The notes beneath the pieces were generated by a model. The model had not been told where the DNA came from and searched no databases. It was given only the letters and a program-made list of their open reading frames with translations. From NCBI GenBank assembly GCA_030704615.1, contig CM060734.1:32302001-32366000 (forward strand): a stretch of DNA of 64,000 nt, in the 5' to 3' direction. Below, piece by piece: positions 38,501-52,894 of this stretch. The stretch is from Takakia lepidozioides (lineage: Eukaryota > Plantae > Bryophyta). Each line of letters opens with the position of its first letter. Within the stretch, counting starts at the first letter, position 1. The position numbers and the translations under genes are program-made.

Positions 38501-40972
38501 GTGTTGGGGCATGCGGCAGGTATCACTTAGATTATGAAGATGTATGGGATGACGGCCTTCCTGGAGAAGCCGGCAGACGGTACGAGGCAAGTGAGGCAGA
38601 AGGCACTAATGGGAACTCTAATGGGACTTCCATCTCAGCTGGGAACCAAGATGGTATTCCATACAAGAGTGTGGGAAACGTCAGGAGTGGGGTGGAAGCA
38701 TCTTCAGTTGGTCTTCCAGAAGCCATTTTTGATAGCATTCTGTCTATAGGTATATTTTACTGCACCAGTATGACTCAGTCTGTTACTCGTATTTAGAGTT
38801 CACCCTTCCGTTTATGTGAACAATGAATGTCAAGTGAAGGTCTTTACTATTACTGGCTGTCCTTCGAGTAGTTAGTTGTTTTCTGTGTGTTAGATTGTTC
38901 ATTTGCAACCCCTTTCCCAAGGGAAGACACTGTCTAAGTTATGGTGATCCTTTACAAATGGGACATGCAGGCCGTGTGGATCTACAAAAGAAGCTGTTTG
39001 CCAGTATACAGCTTGTGAGTTTCTACCAACAAACTTCATTTGCAGGATTTTTCCTCAGAGAGCTTTGTATGGAGTGGCAGTTACTCGCTTGTCAAGTGCT
39101 CTATACCTTGCTCTCTGTCTTCTACAGTGTGATGGGCAGCTGTCCAATCACAGCCACATTTGTCAGTGTTCAGCTAGAGAGCACTGCCTCGTGCTTTGTA
39201 GTGTGATGTTGGTACATTTATTGTAGCAGTTGTCATCTGCTGTGTGTGAGTGACCCAGCAATTCCAGGTTTAGTCTCATGTACCCTGGTGAACTGAAGCA
39301 CCCTGATTTTTTGTTGCTGGAATGGTGGGTGTGGTGTCAGGTTGGCGGAGTTGCCCTGACCAAAGGGCTGGTAGATGCAATTGAGGAAAGGTATTTGTTG
39401 TGACTTGTGGTTCTGCATGTCCTTTAAACATCCTCCGTGTATGTCATGATGTCAGCGTGATCTGCAAAAGCAAAGGTTGAAATGTAGTTTTGTCATTTCG
39501 CATACCTAAAGATTTTCCAGCAGAATTCATTGTAGAGGTAGTAATTTTTCACATCCAATCAGTGTTGTCCTGACTTTTCAGTGTAGAGGATGCACGCAGT
39601 TGGTGCTTTTGGATGTTCTTACCTCAAAGTTTCACAGTCATGAGATGGGGTGTGAGGGTGGCAGGGTGCTTCATACAATACCCGTACACGAAGCAGTGGA
39701 CACAGTGGAGGTACCCACTAGCTCCTGAAGATTTGGACATGGTTTGGTTTGAGACAGACGTCTCGTGATATTGTGTTACACTAGGAGAAAATTATGTCGT
39801 GCCTCTCTTTCTTTGTGGCCAGCGGAAATAATAAGTTGCTTTCTTCTGTCTCTCTCTCTTACCCAACCTACAAGATCAGGAGAAGAGACCGGTGGCTCTG
39901 TAAAAGGTATTTTATTCTCAGTGCCTTCAGTTATGAGGACCCGAAGTGGTTATCAACTTACTGCAAGGCACTTCGTCTCCGGGGTTTGAATTGTTCTTTG
40001 GTTTCTGTGTCCTACTGTATACCATGGGCCTTCTGGTCTGTAATAGGTAGTTCGTGTTGTTGGCAGTCAGTCCCCTTTTTATGGGATTGTCATTCTGAGG
40101 TCCCGTTAACAAGAATCCCATGACTGGCCCCGGTAGGGTTATTAGACCGCAGGAACTTTCTTCATCTTGTGCCCATGTATTTGTACTATCTAAAATTGGC
40201 CTTCTCTTTCCACATTGCAGGTACTACCCAACCGCATGGACCCCTTGACTGCTTCATGGAAAGGTGGAGCGGTAAGCACTTTCGCTTTTCTCCACGATGT
40301 TGCTATTACCTGTGTACAAATTTTCTCCATCCCCCGAAACCGCTGCATCACCTACTTACAGGCTCATCTTGGACTGCCAAGGTCCCGATATCAGTGGAAA
40401 AAGGAAATTCCTTCTGGTGGACTGATTAGGTCCAGGCATTGTGCAGACATTAAGCATCAGTGCGCAGGCATTCTGCAGCTAACAAAGCAATGGGTGTATG
40501 TCATGGCACATTTATAATTATCTCCTCTGCCTATATGGATTATTACAACAAACCTGTTGACTTCAGGAGAAGATTGATGAGGGGTGCTTGTCTTCGACCA
40601 CCCCTGGATAAATCCAAAGATGCTTGCTGAAAAGATTGGCACCCTCAACATCTTTGGATTTATACTGGGGTCAGTTTATGGGCACTTACATCCTGCTACA
40701 GGCAGGAAAGCTCATCCTGCAACTAGTCATTTGTAAGGGCAACCATCATAGGCCTGTGTGAATTAGCCTTTTACTGCACAATTTGAACTAAAGAGTGGCG
40801 GGTCTCTCTTTTATGGCGGCAGGTTCTTGCAGTGTTGGACTTCGCACGCGATGCATGGGTTCAATACGAGGATTGGATGGAAGGGGGTGTCAGTGTTGGC
40901 AGTGGGCGGAAGTATAAGGATTCGAATACACTTCAAGCACAGACTTTTTGGTACTCTGCTACTCTAGACTGA
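32548..40972 (+). CDS. ARP9: Actin-related protein 9 (plant ARP8-type INO80 subunit), multi-exon
   Basis: ATG|GT at 32548-32550; exon 32787-32859 DYFKSLVPSQLVAERGAEIVVINPG; exon from 33397 SAHVRIGLASSQAPF. Later exons include SAVLVVPDTLDNRE, GRVDLQKKLFASIQL, VGGVALTKGL and MDPLTASWKGGA. Last exon VLAVLDFARDAW...KYKDS..LQAQ, TGA at 40970-40972. Confidence 0.93.
37950..38415 (+). repeat. ~230-bp tandem duplication inside an ARP9 intron
   Basis: ACATCCTATGTTTGGGCTG...GGAGAGCTGTCAGCT...CTGCAGGGTCTAGGCTGGAATG occurs twice. Confidence 0.85.
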
Positions 40973-42926
40973 ATAGCCACTCATATTGATATATGGTTCG
41001 TTAAGGATTTTTGAGGCAGATTATGCTGTTTTAGAGGCAAATTAAAAAGCAGAATGCGCCCTGCTGGTGCGGGGGCGCACAATGAGTGGGCATAACTCGT
41101 CAGTTTGACTTTATTAAGGTCTGCAGCCTCTAATTGGCTGCAGGGGTGCATGATCCGCCCCAAAGTTTCTCAACGATAAGGAATGGGCGTGCCTGCGGGT
41201 GCGCTGCCCTACTTGCTCGCCAGGCAGCCAGCGGCTTGCCCATTCCCTAATACATATTGAATGGATCACCTACGCCTTAGGTGCAGCCTCCTTGGTCCTC
41301 ACAAGTATATGACCTTAAGGTCATCTGATGACCACCAGACCATCAAAACGGCCTCCCGCTCTCTGGAGCTCAGATTGTTGGAGGCCACTGATTTTAGGGA
41401 AATACTTTATAGGTAGATGGCTTATGTTGGAGTGCAGTGTCCAATCTAGTTTCTTGATCATGGACGACATAGTTGAAAACCAGTCAATGGATTTACAGAT
41501 TATTTGACCACATGTTTAACTACTGTCATCAAGCATGATGATGATTGTAAGATATTGCTGCAAAGGTACTTACTTGCTCGGTTGCGGATCATATTTATCT
41601 AGCTCTTATGGGTACAAGGAGTTGCTTAAAAACTTTTGAGTAAACCTGTGGAAAAAATGGAAGCCTGGTCATTATCGATTTTGCTGACACCGAGTGCACT
41701 CGTGTGTAAGCTCGATATGGTTGGGTTTGAAGAAGTGAAGTTTCATGTGCACACTGCTACTATATTGTAATTGTTGTCTCATGCTCGCCAGGTATTTGTC
41801 TAGATCCAGATAGAAGTATTGTTGCTATGGATTACAGTCTGGCAGAAATTGAAGCCACAATCTACCAGTATATTTTATCCCCTTGTTCGCCCATGCTTTG
41901 CGCTTCAGGCAGATTGGTTGGGAAATAGACTTGGTCATTCCATCTCAAGACAGACAGCAGATTGTGTGTGTGTTGCATATATGACAATTCAAGAGCATTT
42001 CCAAAGTATTGTGCTCAGGAAAGAGAGAAACTGCAAAAGTTGTGTTGTGGACATTGTGTGTGCCCAACTGTTTTGGGAGCTGAAGTGTTTTCTGCAGGAG
42101 GAGAAAGAATTGTGGTTTGTATACTGCTGAAATAAATAGATGGGCCATATAGGCTACTGAGTGAGACATCATATTACTGACTCTCTTCGGCTACTTGAGC
42201 TTGGGACTTACGACCATGCTGTCCAATGCTCCCTGGGAATGCAAATGGTTACATGGGGACCACAGGTCTGCCTCTGCCCTTGGACTTCATGCAGTGTGCC
42301 AAACAAAATGTAGTATGGAAAGTTCTGGTGGGGATTGTTGGAATATACAGTTGTAGGAAAAGTTGAGCACAAAACGATCGCGGAAGGCTGTGACGGTACC
42401 TGCTCTTATCTGTGCCATGAAGGTGATCCTTGGCCTTCCATCATATTTCGTCCGAGAAGCTCTTCCTGAGAGCAAATTGACCTTACCTTCCATATCGAGC
42501 TTGGATTACAGCAAAACTCTCCATGCCCTGAGCACACTTGAGTGGATGCTTTCAAGGCTCGTTTCGGACAACACCTATCGCACTGAAACACTAGTTGTAG
42601 AGAATCCTCCACTTCAGAGGAATACACACCGCAATAGAAACTACATGCTATTCTAACCGTCATCCTCGCCAATTGTGACTTGGTATAAACTTCCTATGCA
42701 GGGCATATCAACACAGAATGTACTCAAAATACGTTGTTTGCCGTAGCCTTGTGGCTATAGACCCCGAACCCAGTTTGCACGGAACAAGGCAGAGAGAGAG
42801 AGAGAGAAAAACCGCAGGCAAAACTGAAGGTTCTCTTATCCTGAAGTGGGCCGGTCTCACTGGTCACTTTCGGCGGTGATTAGTGTTGATGACCGAAATC
42901 TCAGTAGTTAATGTTCTCCACTGATT

Positions 42927-45375
42927 TCAATGATCAAATACTCTCATTTTTCTAAGTGCAATATACGCGATGACTCGGTAGCCAATCAACATGATTGCCA
43001 AAGCCATAACAGCAGTAGCTGTATGCCCCAAGCCCACTTCTCTGATGTCGGGGTAGTCAGCAATTCGGCATCTCCCCGTGAGACACACATATGTTTGGTT
43101 TTGGTCCATGGCGTACTGGGCAGCAAGTTGAAGCTTGTAGGCATAGTAAGTAAAGGATAAGTATTTTATCCAACCAATCCAGGAGGGTGTGCGTTGGACG
43201 AAGTACCCACCAGCAAGTAAGAACGTGAGCATGATGACTGATGCCAGTGTGGTTGCTTGCTTGACGTCCATTAGAGCTGCCCCGAGTGCTAACCCAAGTC
43301 CCTGTAAACATAGCAAGCCGCCAAAGTGAACATGGAATGGGTATATAATGTCCTCCTATTTCCATTCGAAGACAGCGTTAGCAGCATCGCAGATAGTTAG
43401 CCCCTGGACCATATGGTCTGCCACTCCCACCTCCATTAACTTTCACTCTCTACACGAGGCTCTCTACCTTCGAATCGTAGTCTTATGGTTTGAATCTACA
43501 AAGTTCCTTTCTTTCTACCTTTAGGTTCTTTCTACCTTTAGGATTGATTTCGATCTCTTTCGACAGCCTGCCATGGCAAATATGTACTGTTAACCATGAC
43601 TGCACCCACAACGGTTCAGAAGGTGAGACTTTACCTGAGATATCAAAACAATGTATAGAACCACACCGAGTGTCAGGAAGAAACTGCCTACCGAGGCCCT
43701 GAGGCCTCCCATCCAATAGACAATTATCACAAATGCGGTGGGCAAAACAAGCTCCAATGGCAAATCGCCGATGGTTCGCGCAAAGAAGTAGGCAGTCAAG
43801 CGATACATGCCCGATGCCCTCTCCTTCGCCAGCATGGACTGTTCTTTCGGGAAAGTGAAGATCGCCGAAAAGAGAGGAAAGAAGCCCCAGAATGTTGACA
43901 GGAAAAATAGAAGGCCAACCTACCATCCATGAAATAGTTAAAGCTGAAAAAATATCAACTGTCACAGTACATCTCAGGTAAACTTATGAACATTACATCT
44001 GGACTCCATCATACTCTTGTTCCTCCGGGCTCAAAGAAACAGGACTCTATCAACTGATCATGTCCACAAACTTCTTATTGATCATGTTTAGCATTATCTG
44101 TCCAGATTGAATTGTTGCATATCAAAATCCTGACAAAGTTCACAAGCTGAGGAACCTTAAAATACTGACCTGGTCCTGAATTTGAGATGTGGAGGATCGC
44201 CACCACAGCAAGCCACACACAATGGCGATGGCAAGCACCTGAGCTATCCTTAGACCCGCAAATGCTTCATGCCTGCGCTCTTTCAGGCCTCGGAACAGCA
44301 GTACAGAAAATTGCTCCCACCATGTGGTTGGCCACTTTCTCTTCTCCAATGCTGCTTATTTGATCACAAAGACAGTGTTGTAACATGAGACGTCGCTCTC
44401 CGTGCGAGTCTGCACGGGAGAAAGACTGGGGGGACTGTTTACATACATAACCCATATTATGACGGAGCTCGATTTGATCAACCTCTTATCATATGGCTTG
44501 TCTTCTTAAGACAAATCCGGTTAGTAATGCAGCCGCAATTCCCTCAAACTTATCTGGATGAAGTAATATAAACTATCGATCGATCAATTACGTACTAATG
44601 ATCCACGAGTTCTACATCAGAAGCAGCAGTCCTGAGAGTGCACATGACAAACGTTGCAACTTGAGATCTCTAAGAAAAAAATACCCCTGTCCAACCTTCA
44701 GTTTTCTCCACTGTCAGATGGGGAGCGATATTAAGTTCCGATCTGATATTCGGATCCAAGTTCTTTTGGTAGGCCTCAAACAGTTTTGTACGCACTGATG
44801 GTCCCCTCTCCTCTTCAGATTTGGCTGCAGGCACACCTTCCTCAACCTCTTGGCTGACGTCGGGCATTATTCCTAGGCAAGCAGAGATCAGTATACTAAC
44901 GGCTTTAGCTCGGAAAAGCATAGAGAACCTCTGAAATACTCGATGCAAGCAGTATTTCATGATGTATTTCACCGATAGAGCTATGTAACCATTATAGACC
45001 TGTATTCCTTACCTAGGGCGTTTCCTAAACTACAGTGCCCAAACAGTACCAGTTGTCGACATCAGTTCTTTCCTGTTAACCAAACTTGACCAGAAATATT
45101 TAGGCACATGTGAATTTCGTCTGCTTTAAGAACATCCTCAACATACTAAGCACACTCTTGTGCCTGGGTAATTCACGAGACCTATCTGATGTCCAGACCT
45201 ATCTATCAACAGTTTTAGGTTATGTCAACATAAAGCCTTCAGACACAATGATATAAGGTCTGGAGAATATTGAAAGCTCAAATCTCAACCGTGCCTCCAT
45301 GAAAGTAAGCTACTGTGTTGTCTGGTACTGTCAGTGCTCAAGGATGGGGGTGGAAGAAGCCCAGTCAGTAGACAC

Positions 45376-45407
<32 letters not shown>

Positions 45408-48400
45408 GACACACACACACACAACCCTCCGAACCTACTTTCAGACCAGTCAACGGACAGATAAGCATGTGCAGGATGCAACTTCCTACTTAAGAAGGGA
45501 CTATATCCTACATAGTGTGTACAACACCAAGGTCAGTGAACCTACCACTCGCAAGATCTAGCAGAAAGTCGGCAGGATTCATCGGAAAAGGCTTCAATCC
45601 TATGGAAGCGAAGTAATCCATAGCGGCACTCCTTGGACCGAAGTACAACGGGTAGCCATCAGACAGAAGAATCAGTTTGTCAAATATGTTGTACACTCTA
45701 CTGGATGGCTGATGGATTGTTGCAATGATAGTCCTGCCACCCTGCGCTAAATCTCGCAACGTGTTGATGATTCTCAATGCTGTTGTAGAATCAAGCCCCG
45801 ATGTTGGTTCATCTAGTAAAATAAGGCTGGGGTCTGTCAACATCTCGTGGCCTATGCTCACTCTTTTTCTCTCTCCCCCAGAAATCCCGCGCAAAAAGGG
45901 ACCTCCGATGATCGTGTCTGCGCATTTCTCGAGCCCAAGCTCTTTGATAATGGCTTCTGCTCGCATCACCTGTTCAAAACAATTGTTACAATCAGCACCT
46001 AAACTGTCCAGAAGTGATTCATTATAAGTTAAATCTGGAATATACATAGTTTATTAAAGTTCTCTTTCAGCACAAACATTCGGCATGCATGCCCAGTGGA
46101 TTAGTACCAGTTCCTAGAATCTCATCTGTTTGTTCAAACACTCAAAATTAACGTATTTCCAAAAAGAGCGTGATCGACAATTTCATGCATCTGAACAAGA
46201 CATCATGAATGTACATAATAAGGAATTCTTGTTCAAGCACATTTCGATTGTTATAACGGACTTCGATGGATAAAATCCTCTAGCCCCGAACGTATTGACA
46301 GTTCCATGGAGTTGACACAACTGTAAATCAAGTCGGAAATTCAATATGAAGTTCCTTGGGACCAATTGAATGATTCGCTTTCTCTAGAGCGAAAATCTCG
46401 TACTTAGTTCTCAGCTTAAGAGACGTTCAGGTGTGTACAATTTCAGCCAAAACCAGATTATCTTTCATGCCAATTTATCTGTTATGCCATGTCCAGTTTG
46501 TTTGCACGGTGTGGGCCTGAGGTGAAGTCCATCGATCAAGTGCAGATTTGGTCCCGGAGGCAATCTATGGACGTCAACTCGATGAACATTATGAACATTC
46601 AAACACTTGAATTTTTAGATCTCAAAAATTCTCAAGATCCTGCATCGTTGAAGTTGCACAGAATTTTTGTCTGAATCTTCAAGTCGATTAAGGGCCCGGG
46701 CAATGCAAAGGTAGAGGTAAGATGTGCAGTAGGTAAGATTGGCTTACCTTCTCTCTCCTGGAAAAGAATTTGCTTGGAAGCCTTAGCAGCGCTGCATACA
46801 CCAGTGTCTCCCTAACAGTCAAATGCGGGAACAAAACGTCGTCCTGAGTTACAAATCCCGTTCGCCTCTTCATAGCCTTGGAGTATGGCATATCATTATA
46901 CAGAATGGTTCCTGTTATATTCCCTTTCAACCGCCCGCCCAAAATATTCAGAAGTGTTGTTTTTCCACTACCCGAGGGCCCCAGCATGGCCAGCATTTGA
47001 CCAGGGAAAACAACTCCTGACACTCCATGTAGAATTGTCTTCTCGAGGGATTTCTTCGTGATGTGTTTCCCCACATTTTTCAAATTCCACCATGATGTCT
47101 GATCTTCCAGATTAACTTTGTAGACAACATCAACGAACTGTGCACATGTACATCCAAATCACCGCGCCACCAGTCAGCATCAGTTCCTACAGGTCATGTA
47201 GCTAGATCTGTCCCCTGATCCAGATGATCTTGGTATTAACGCATAAATGATAGTGACAAACTCTCGACAAACTGTGAGCACATGTACGCAGCAGTACGGT
47301 ACTTGTGTGCATAAAAGTTTGCATTATAAATTATGGAGGTTTGAGGTAACTACAAAACTAGTAACTACTGGAACAATGTTCAAAGGTCTATGTTACCCAG
47401 ATTCTCTTTCCCTCAAGTCTTAAATTGAAAATTTGAACGTTCGTTCATAGAGAATTTGGCCTTTCGAACCTGTGAAATTGATGATTCAGGGCTCCTACTC
47501 TCCACAACTCTTCTAATTTATAGTGTTCACGTTGATCGATCCCAATTCAGTATCAAGCTCGGCCAGGGGACATTTAGCAGTCTATATCTAGACGAGGGCT
47601 CATGTTCTGGATTTGTGAGACTTCTGAACTATTACAATCCGACTCGAATTCCATCTTTGCACAAAGATTATTTTGAGAATCATTTGACTCCCAGGCGATC
47701 AAATACAATCAGTACTTGACACTGAATCCCGACAAGTTTCCTCATTATATATAGGTCTACCTAGACGAGTTTTCTGCAATGCTCTTGAGTCGCTAGCTAC
47801 AGATAATATGGAAGAGAGAAAGCTGTTCGAAAAGAGCAAAGTACGTATTTCAATGGCTAGGTATCGCTTTGAAGATCATTTAAAATTAAGTAGTAGTTCA
47901 GATTTTCCAGAGAGTTGACATCTCCTTCATAAACGGACCTTGGCTCTCTCCTTCTCCAGCCCTCTCACAAGTTCATCTCACTCCCTACTCAAAATTCAAG
48001 TCCCACAATTCTGAAGTGTATATGTTAGTGCCGCTCGATGCATAATTAACACTTTCCTTGATGCTTTTCTTATCTAGACCTTAAGTGAAATATGAATTTC
48101 CATTTGGTTTTATGACTGGTCCTGAACTAGCCTAGCAGGCAGTACTTTGTGGTGTCGAACAAAGAGGAACGCAGGCACATGGATATTGACAGAAATTAGT
48201 CAACCTACCTTCACTGCTATAGGTGAGGGCGGTTTCAGCGAGGACCGCCCTGAGTGCAACATATCGCCAGAGACGGTCTTCACAGGACCCTGTGGTTTCT
48301 CAAAGATATCTATCGTCCATTTCTCAAACTCCGAACGCGACATGGATAAGGCCCGAGTGTCTTGAAATTGTTGCAGCGGGTGACCTACAACACCATTTTC

Positions 48401-48487
48401 CGGGCACATTTCTCCCTTCTCTGCATTGCATCCCACACTATCTTTATGCTTGCTTTTCCACTCAGTTTCTCTCCTTCTCTTTCCCAT
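42927..48487 (-). CDS. ABCG half-size transporter, ABCG9/14/21-like clade, multi-exon
   Basis: Walker [10 protein letters not shown] (exon 47137-46748); signature [12 protein letters not shown] and Walker [12 protein letters not shown]; [23 protein letters not shown]; TM exons ending in TGA at 42927. First in-frame ATG at 48487 (true start uncertain). Confidence 0.93.
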
Positions 48488-51400
48488 ATCCAAGCTCTTT
48501 GCCAGGCTGCCCTGGGCGTTACGGACTTGCTTTTCTTGCTTCTTTGTTCCTGACTGTGAATGGAGCCATACACGCAGGCATGCGCATGCAAAACTGCCCC
48601 TTCCACTGTGCGTCGCCCACGCCGAACTACCGCCCAATTTCGTTCACACGACACTGCTTCGGGACGACATGTGGACAGAGTGAATCATCCATCCGCGGGG
48701 TGCGAATCCTTCGGGGAGAATCATTTTGAACCTGGGGGGTTTATGGATCCGAGGGGGTCTCAGGCTGGCTGCTCGGATTTGACACTGTCCCTTGATGCCA
48801 AGCGAGGTGCCATTGTGCAAGGGACATTACGATGCATCTATGAAACCATCTTGCACGAAGAACATCTGACAGGCCGAAGGGAGATTGTACGCGTCAAAGC
48901 AGGGACGAATAGGAAGAGATGAAGAGAGTGTGAAGAGATAAGGGAGCATGAGTGATCTTCCATTGTTCGGCAGGTGCGAAGTGCGCGTGATAACCGCTGG
49001 TCATTGACTCCACCTATAGTAAGGTAGTTACACCCAAATGTGAGCGCTTAAGCAGATATGCCCGTACAATTGGTGCTGTAAGGGGAAAAATTATAATTGG
49101 ATGAGCAATTGAACAAACAGCTTGTGGTTTGAATTGCTAATTTTGGACGAAGTGGCTAATTGATATATATTATCAAAGTGGCAAGGCACAAAAATGCTAT
49201 GCCTGAGCTATAGAGGGTACCATAACTCACTGAAATATTATCTAATATGAAGCCTACATGTGACCTGATATGCACAAGATGTGCACTTGAAATGGCCCAA
49301 TAACTCACCCAACCAGCTCGGCCCACAAGAGCAAAAGGTATCCTATAAAAGGCCTCCATTTGGCAAATACGCTGGTCACAGTATTCAGTACGTTTTTGTT
49401 CATCTAACAAAGCACCACAGGGCCCACAATGCCCATGAAGGAACCTAAATCAGCCAGTTGGCAGTAAGGTCGCCATTTAAGGCCAGGCATGACCACTTTA
49501 CACCCCAAAAATAGGGGTCCATTTTGAGACCTGCTCATATTTGGGTGTTTCTACCTTACCCCTCCTCCCCCACCAAGTAATAGAAATGCACAGGAGTTGA
49601 ATGCCGTGACAACACCCCAGCGAGGGCCCACCCAGACCTCGCCATGGCGGCCCACCCTCCACGGTCGCATCGACAGAAGGTAGGTATGAGAGAGCCCACC
49701 AACCTTTTTATTGAGTACATAAAGACTCGGCCAGGAATTTTTAGTTAGAGAGGATGGCGCCTTACACGGAGGAATTTGCACGCCAGGTGAGCATGGCGCC
49801 TTACACCGCGTAAGGTTCCTCCACTCCTCCAGAGGAAGGCACCTTCCGTTGCGCAAGGCTCCTGCTCTTGTGAGCCGTCCGATTTAGATGATCCCAGCCG
49901 TCGATGGTAAAGGAATTCCTTGGCTGTGTCTTTACGCCGGGTAAGGCCCCGTCCTGGGGCCTTACCCTATACTTATGTGTCAAGCATCCTTTTGTATGAG
50001 GGGAGCCCCCCCCATGAGGGTGTTCCACGGTGTGAGGGTTCGTAGCCCGAGGGATACCCCAGGGGTGGGGACTCCCCTTGCGTAAAGCCTGTGACCGCGA
50101 TTTTTTTCTTTCAGCGTTTCTATTATCCCATATCGATAGCCCTACTTAAGGACTGGATTGGGTATTTAAAGTGGTGTGGTCTGCGGGTAGCGGGGAGGCG
50201 GGCCTCGGCCATTCACTCTGTTTTCGGGCTGCCCTGCGGTTTTCGGGCTGACCAGCCTCGGGCTCCCGCCCTCATGCAGGGCAGCCCTCAAACAGAGTGA
50301 ATGCCCTCGGGCTAGGGTGGCAGCCCGAAATCCCAGGAACGCTGGGCCAAGGCGTTTCACCCTGAAATGCGGGTTTTCTGCATGGGGAGGTGCCCTACAA
50401 ATACAAAGGGAAAATTAGGTCAGGGCTTTGCGGACTACAAATGGTATTATGTCAATGAATACATAGTGAAATACATGAAAACAGAATGTGAAGGGCATGC
50501 TACAATGGAGTTACATGAGCAAGCTATAACACAGGAAGAAGGAACAGTGGGTAAGTAGTCATTCTCAGAGGGGCCGATAGTCTTGTTGACATTGGGTAGC
50601 CCATGTGGAGTGTGCAAAATCAGCAAAAAGAAAATTAAATATTCATTATAATGGCATATCATCATCACAAAACCATTAGTAATATAACTAAATAACTGAA
50701 AACATTGTAGATAGGTGGAATAAATAATTTATTATTATTAATTTATACTAATAATAATAACAGCGATGAAAGGATAAAGAAATAAAAAAAATTGCAAAAA
50801 TATCAGTATAAATATGTCATTGTCGAAACAATCAAAAATTAATACTTTGTCACTGAATATAATTGTAACAAAATAGCTTACTATTAGAAATAAATAATTG
50901 GAATTAATCCTAGACAGTTTATTATATTGTTATCATGAGCGTTAAAATAACCCAGCAATATGTCTCAAAAATATAAATAATACAGTTACTCTTGGGAATG
51001 CAAGGTTTAGATATGAAGAACAACATTAAATAACTAATAATAATATAAATTATACTATGATTATAGAAAATATTGGTCAAATGTGGTAACGAATTGTAGA
51101 TAATAAATTAATATTTATATATTAAATAAGTATCTTTAAAAATTCTTGACGGAAAAAAATCCTTGAATGATGATTAATATATTGGTACAAGATTTATGGC
51201 GGAGCAGGAGGGCTCCGCGTTTCGCAGTGTGAGAGAGAAGGCCCAACGGTAGGCTATGGTTTCCAGCAAGCACCGTCTACCTCTCGACCTCACGAAGCAG
51301 GAGAAGCTTAGGAAGATCTGATCTTGGCTCAACCAATTCGCAACATCATCTAACAAGCTACTCTCACCTCCCAAATCCGCAGCCTCGGAGACACATTCCT

Positions 51401-52894
51401 AGCGATTTTCAGGCTTTGAGACACCTTCTACTGAATTTCTAGTGCTTTTGTCTGTTGATGAAGGTCTCATTCATCCTTCCAGCCCAACAGGGGGCTTTAA
51501 TATCTCATTCGGTGACCCCCAAGCAAACCTCATTTTACTCCCAGCCGCCTTGGGGAGGTCCTCCCCTCTACACCCAACCTCGGATGCCACACCATCCCCC
51601 ATTCTCTGTCCATCATCATTTCCCCATCAATGCTAGCCGGCAAGACAAGAACAAATCAATCCCCCCAGCCGCCAAACTAACTCCCCCTCCCCCCTCACCT
51701 TTCACTTCCTGCACCTGTGCCTTCAGTTGGTTCAGTGTTCAGCCACCTCTTCGTAGCCCTGCTTGGATTGTCTCTTCCTCATTCGCGGACCTTCGCGTTT
51801 GCTTCAGCTCCCAAGTTTGCTTCTCGCCTCCTGGATTCTCGGTTGCTTAATTCTCTTCAACCTTGCCAGCGAGCCCTTGGACTCCCCCTGGACTGTTGCC
51901 TTCTTCTTTACCCACTCTCTAGTCTCTCGGTATCAGTTCGCTTTCAGGACCTTCCTCTTCATTGGAATCCTTCCTTTTCTCTCCTCACTTTGTCTCACTC
52001 TTTTTTTCTCTCGCTGCCTTCTTCCCTCTTCTCTATCACCCTCATGGGTCCTCCTCAAAAATCCCTCTAGGGTACCCCCTGGATCCGATCGTAGATCGGG
52101 CCTAATGCACTATTGCCAGATATGACGGCACTGCCTTCTACCAGTACTAGGTACTTTCAAGCGCATCGTGCGCTTGCACTGGGACGAGGCCACTTGGAAG
52201 CTGCTGGGCTCTTAGGACGAAATCCCCTGGGACCCCAATCCAATTCAGATCAGGTTCTCTCTCCTCCCTCCCTAGGGGGCATCTCAGGTAGTGGCCATCG
52301 AGGCTCTCCCCCATCCCCAGTTGAGTGAGAGATCGAGGGAGCGTGAGTTGGAGTGAGTGTGGCTTTGAGCAATTCACCGTGTGCGGGGGAGGGTGACAGA
52401 GTAAAATGAGGGCAAAACAAAAGAGTACGCTATCCCGGAAGCTGTTGTGCGCACCCGAGCGAGAGAGCTCATCCAGCCCTACAGGGAGGACCCTTGACTG
52501 AAATGGCATCAAGCAGGTAAATTTTTTTCCCGTCTTCTTCGTGCATGCAATGAGGGATTCTTCCGTGGGCTGCAGAGATTGCAGGAACGTAGAAGTTGCA
52601 TGTTTGATTGATTGTTTGATTGATTGTTTGCTTGTTTGAGCAAATGATTGCTCGTTTTGATTGTTTTGATTATTTGTTTTGATTTTTGGATTGATTCCAG
52701 GGTTAAAGAGGTAGGATGGTCGATAGAAGGATTGGGAATTGTGGAAGATTTTGGGAGATGTACGCTTTCCTTGAGGAACGACTCCGGATTCGAGACATGA
52801 GAAATTCCGATTTCATAGGGTTCATAGGTACAGCTGGCAACTGTTTAGGTTTTGCAGCCTATGGTGTAGGCCTCAGTATAGGTACCATGACACA

